A DNA stretch of 64,000 nt from the human T2T-CHM13v2.0 reference genome, Homo sapiens: the NCBI RefSeq assembly GCF_009914755.1, contig NC_060944.1, one strand, 5' to 3'. Position 1 is the first letter of the stretch. Every line of letters starts with the position of its first letter. This document shows positions 58,231 through 64,000 of the stretch, in pieces. A model generated the notes under the pieces. It saw only the letters and a program-made list of their open reading frames with translations, made no database searches and had not been told where the DNA came from. The position numbers and the translations under genes are program-made.

Positions 58231-60729
58231 GTAAGCGCTCGGACCGGACCCGGTGCGCTCGGGTTGGACGGCTGCGCGCCGCCTCAGCTCAGCTTGCTGG
58301 AGCTGCTGGAGCCAGGGGCGGAAGGAGCCCTAACTCTGGACGGTCCCGGCGAGCTCCCCGGCCCACCCCGTCCGGAGTGCCTGTGCTGCCTCCTGAGGCT
58401 GTGGGGCGGGCTGGGGCGGGGCTTCTGCCTCCACTCCGGGCTGCCCCGGTAGATTTCTGACGGCCGCTCGCGGGTGCGGCGGTGAACGCCACCCCAGCCG
58501 GGCTGTCTATGGCTCTGAGAGAAGAGGCAGAGCTCCCAGCCATGACCCACAGCCACCGGCCGTCTAGGAACGTCCAGCCCCTCCTTCCTGGGCAGTCCCA
58601 GTGACTCTCCTTGTCCAATTCCGCAGCTCTCTGTCAGGAAAGGCACGAAACCCAGCCCCCTTTTTCCTTTCCCACGCCCCTCAGAGTTGGCGGATGGGGG
58701 TGTGCAGAGCCAGAGAAGCGGCTGGGGGCTGGACGGTGGCGAAGAGATGAGGTGGGCAGTCGGCCTGGCTGGACTGATTGGCCTGGGAACTGGGCAGGGC
58801 CCCTGCCTTTCCCTCGGGTGTTTTTCTGGTAGGTCCTTTGGAAGGCAGAGAGTCCCTGGGAACCCAGCACCCGCGCCGGTCTCCTCTGACTCCTTTGCAG
58901 GGGTCTGGGAGTCTCAGTAGGGGGTTGACTCCAGGATTTGAAAGCGAACTTTAAAAGTTTATTGACCTGCCCCCAAAGCCCCTGCACCCCCTGGCTTTTT
59001 GCACCTTCAGCTGTGACCATGGAGGGAGGCATTTAGGTATCCTATGGGGAGTCACAGTGGTTAGGATTAGGGAGGTGCCAGCTCTGCTGACAGCTGGGAC
59101 AGGGTGGGCACTTGGCTTCCCAGAAGTCTGAGCTGTTGCAGCAGCCCGAAGGGATTCTGAATGGGGGGCTTAATGCAGACCGGGCCTGACACAGGAGCCC
59201 ACATTCACACTCCGCAGGACGCCTCAACCTCACCGTGTAACAGACACACACCGCGCTTCATGTGCAAACTGAAGCCGTTTCTGCACGCCGGTCCTTTCCT
59301 GGCTGTCGGGAGGGAACGCTGGGGGGCTCTGGAGCTGATCTCTTACGGAAGAGAAAGGGTCTTGTGGATGAATTAATTTCCAAAACTTTTACAAGGGATA
59401 TAGCTATATTCTAGAAAAATTGGAAAATAAAAAATTTAGTCCCTCCTCTGTAATACAACTACTGTCAACATTTTAGTGTATTTCCTTCCTATTTTTCTTC
59501 CCATTAACTTGTGTTTTCCTGTGCTATGCTTACAATTCCACCTCCTGCCTATTCTTCTGTTGGTTCTGGCTTTTTTTTTTTTCAACTTGAGAAGGTTAGT
59601 TTCTTAACATGGCCCCCTCTTTGTCCCCACCACCTGCTGTGTGGCGAGAGCTCTTTGTAAGAGTGGGTGAGGAGTGCTGATGGGGGCCTCTGGGAGTTAA
59701 GGTTCCATTTCTCTGCAACCTTTCCCTCTGTGCCTACCCAGAGGCAGGTCTGATGAAGGGGAAGCAGACGTGAAGGAGGCAGTGCCCTTGGAGACTGCGT
59801 GGGGTTCAAGAAGTGTGGGGATAAGGCTTCCCCCAGAGCATGGGCCACAGCAGTGGTGTCTGCGCATAGTGGGGTTGAGTGGGCTTGGGGTGTCCAGTCT
59901 GAGTCCCCACATTGTGAGGGCCACATTGCTGGGATGCAGAGGGCTTCCGCAATGTGAACAGGGGCTTTCTTCAGGCTCGGTCTGCTAATCCCCAAGTGTG
60001 GAGACTTCTCTGTCTCAGGACATAGACTAGGAGCCCCCACTCGCTTTGTTGTTCAGCTGACTTTCCTCCCTGTCCCAGAGGGAGCTGCCTCATCCTTCCT
60101 CCCCACTCTTCCCCGTGTTGTCTGTCATCACTACAGTTGTATCTGGTTCCTCAGTCAGTCCTCTGCACGGGTCTTCTCATCCCAAAACAGCAACAATGAA
60201 AATTCCTCCCCCTGGCCCTGCCTCCGCCTTCATCACGGCCTGGTTTCTCTCCCTCTCATCTCTGAGAAACTTTCACGGAAGTGCCCTCCCAAAAGACTCC
60301 CCGGGATCCGAGAGTTGGCTTTGACACCTTCCTCAGCCTCACCCCACAGTTGCCTGATTGTCAAGGCTTAGGAATGTTCTTTTCCGTGTCCTAGTCCCAA
60401 TCTCAGTGCCCTCAGCCACCACTTTTAGCAATGAAACCCCCTGGCCCTCCACCCGCTTCCTCCCTGGCTTGAAGGTTAACTGCACCCTGGTTACCACCTC
60501 AGCCTCCTGGCCCAGTGCCTAGCCCCAGCCATTCACCACTCCCCTAAAACCATCTTCCCTGCATTGGGGACCAAAGCAGTATTTCCAAAGTACTTTTTTA
60601 AGATCATGTCTCTCTCCGATTACAAATAAAGTGACCAGGCTGGGCGCGGTGGCTCACGCCTGTAATTCCAGCACTTTGGGAGGCCAAGGTGGGCGTTTCA
60701 CTTGAGGCCAGGAGTTCGAGACCAGCCTA

Positions 60730-61014
<285 letters not shown>

Positions 61015-61805
61015 CTATCATGGTCTGACTCCAGCCTTCCTCCCCAGCCTCCTCTGCATGATGCTTGGCAGGCAGTGGATACTTGGAGAATTAGCTGCGC
61101 CTCCAGTAAGTGCTATGGTCTATTGAAACAGTCCCTCTGCCCTCAGCACCCGCACATCCCCTGGATTAAGTCTCACCAGCCTCAGGACTCCCTCTTACAC
61201 CCACCGACCCCAGCAACTGCTCTTTCTGTGCCCTCCCACCCTGCCCACGGGAGTGGCTTTAATGCTGCCTACGAATGCTTACCATAGGCCAGCATCTGCT
61301 CTCCTCTGCCTGTCCCGGTCCTCCTTGCCCTGCCAGCTGGGGCCTTCCCCTAAGGCAAGGGTAGCGGTCCGTTCATCCTTGTGTCCACAGCACCCAGGGC
61401 AGGCTCAGGCAGTCCATGGGGGATGGGGGTGATGACTGTCTGCCGGAGGAAGCAGTAATGTTTCTCAGAGGCTCCCAAGTCCCCTTATATTGGTTCCCCT
61501 CTTGACTTTGGAAGACTCCAGGTTCTACCTGACCCAGGAATCAGCTACTGGAGCAGCTTCTCCTGCCCAGTTCTACAGCTTGACTTTTACAACAATGCCA
61601 AGATTTTACAGAAGGTGGGTGGGGAGGAAAAGGCCCAGAAGGCCTGCTAAGATCAGCGAGGGAGGCTCTGCCAACAGGAAGGAAAGTTCTGAGCAAAAGA
61701 GGGGTAGGGAGGGCCGGGTGCGATGGCTCACGCCTGTAATCCCAGCACTTTGGGAGGCCGAGGCAGGCAGATCACGAGGTCAGGAGATCGAGACCATCCT
61801 GGCTA

Positions 61806-62120
<315 letters not shown>

Positions 62121-64000
62121 CTACCAGGGAAGTCTGCACAAGGACCCCCTGCCCCTGCCCTGAGCCAACAGGACGTTATCTCTGAGATCCATTTGCCCAG
62201 CCCCAGCCCATCTTCCCCTGACTCCCCTGAAGACTCAAGTCCTCCTGCTGGCACACTCAGCACAGAAGTAGCTCTCTTCTCCTTCTGATGTGCTTCCCAG
62301 TCTGGGGAGACCTCTGGAAGGCCCAGGCCAGACCTCCCCCTGGAGCTGATCCCTGCACACTAGCAGGGCCCCGGAGAGGGAGGCCAGCTGGGGCTGCCTT
62401 TCCTGTAAGCAGCTGCAGGCTAGCATCCCTGCTAGGAAATGCTTTTGTTTGCTTTAATAATTCATAGCCGATTCTCAGCCTGGGACCTGGCAGGCAGGCC
62501 TGTGGGTGGGTGGCGAGAGGGTGGGCAGAGAGCAGTGGAGTGGGGAGTCTTTAGGTAGAATTGAGGGCCAAAAGAAGAGGGGGAGAGCAGGCCTGTGAGA
62601 TTCTTCCCCCTCCCTTTCCCCTGCCCTCAGGGACTTTGGTCACTGTGCCAATTTCCTGGGGCAGGTGAGCAGGGCAGCTGCTGGGGGCAGTGGGAAGAGG
62701 GGATAGGGACCCTCCCTAGACCCAAACCTCATCTCCAGCAGGACCAACTGGACACAGGCTCTGGGCAGCTGCCTGCAGCCACCAGGTCCTCCCTGTGCAA
62801 GCATTGTTGAGGTGGGTGTGCCCCACTGGGCTACTGCTTTTATCTTCCCCAGTCTGCACCATGGCCAGGGGCTGGCATGTCAGGGGCTGGGCAGGGCCAG
62901 GCCAATAGATCTTGTCTGGGGCAGGAGGGCCAGGCCCAGCTTGATCATCATCAGCAGTCCCGGGGTCCAGAGGGTGCCTGCAGGGGAGAGCAGGGGCCAA
63001 TGGGATGCTTGGAGGAAGGGGGGATGTAGAGGAAAGGGACTGGTGGAGCCCTGTCAGGATGGGGCTAAGAAGAGCTGGACTTAGCAGAGAGAGACTTTGG
63101 GGAAATCTGCGAAAAGGGATGAGATGCAGGAGTTTTTGCTCCCTCCACTTCCTGGGGTGATGGGTGTCAACAAAGAGCCTCCCCCCATTACTGATGAAAG
63201 TAGGACTTGTCCCCTGTAGCCCTAGCATCCCAGACTCAAAGACAAATTAGGACCAGGGCAAGGCACGGCTCAAAACCTTGAGTTATCAAGGCAGCCAAGA
63301 GTTAGGATTTGGTGGGGAGAAGGGAAGGCAAGACGCCTGGGGGTGCCTCTGAGAGGAGGCCGAGGCTCCAGCCTTGGTCACTTGTCCTCTGTGGGATTTG
63401 AGCTGGCTGTGGTTAAATTGCTTACTATAACAAGCATGCAGTCAAGGATGTGAAGAGCCGTGAGTGGCCTTGGGAAGAGAGAACAGAGACTGTGAGGGGG
63501 GCTTTGTCTGTACCAGACAGTTATGCTGTGGCAGGGGAGAGCAGCTGCCGCGAAAAGGGCCCTGGAGTGTCCTGCTCAGCCTTGCAAAGGAGCATCTCCC
63601 GGGACCTGCTGGGCAGCCCCAGCAATAGCAGTCAGACACCTCTGCAGCTGCTGGCATCTCCCCACAGGCATCTGCATACACTCTGGAGCACAGTCCACCT
63701 GAATGACCTAGTCTGTGAAGGTCAGGTTGCCCTTGGTGTTGACTTGAACCTGGATTCCCAACAGTGCTCAGGAAGTCCATGCACACCCATGCTCACTACA
63801 AAGCATGTTGACTCTGACCAAAATGCATCTGTGCAACGTAAATCTTTTTTGGTGTCTCAAACAGTCTCCTTTAACTTTCGGTCTATTTAAGAATGAAAGA
63901 TGGAAAGGAGGTGAGTGGGGCACAATGAAAATACAAAAGCGAGCATATTCTCTTCCCAAATCTGGGTTCTTTAGTACGGGGGCAAATGTCCCACTGCCTC

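Larger units (their letters stand above)
56640..58570 (+). promoter_or_regulatory. EBF4: EBF4 CpG island / promoter
   Basis: Very high GC and CpG density, multiple GC boxes, and a CRE-like TGATGTCA near 57119. Confidence 0.88.

Overview
Human (or near-identical great-ape) genomic DNA that I recognise from memory as chr20p13; no database search was run. In order it holds: the last three coding exons and 3' UTR of TMC2 (+); the complete NOP56 gene (+; 12 coding exons summing to 1785 nt = 594 aa) with the SCA36 GGCCTG repeat (6 pure units here), MIR1292 and five intronic snoRNAs (SNORD110, SNORA51, SNORD86, SNORD56, SNORD57); the complete IDH3B gene (-; 385-aa and 383-aa C-terminal isoforms rebuilt exactly), tail-to-tail with NOP56 across a shared quasi-palindromic poly(A) region; a ~28 kb repeat-rich interval (many Alus, an old LTR provirus with pro/pol/env remnants, a 5'-inverted L1PA, a long GAA/GAG purine tract); and the CpG island and first exons of EBF4 (+). 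Most of the biology is established. The best leads that may be undescribed are: (i) a (CGG)8/poly-Gly tract plus a strong-Kozak upstream ATG in frame with the spliced EBF4 ORF (possible 102-aa N-terminal extension); (ii) a box C/D-like motif abutting a cryptic 23-nt micro-exon in NOP56 intron 11, possibly a second cis-acting autoregulatory switch beside SNORD86; (iii) a class III-like ERV carrying a gamma-type env remnant. All three are hypotheses. Repeat family names and boundaries are by eye and approximate.
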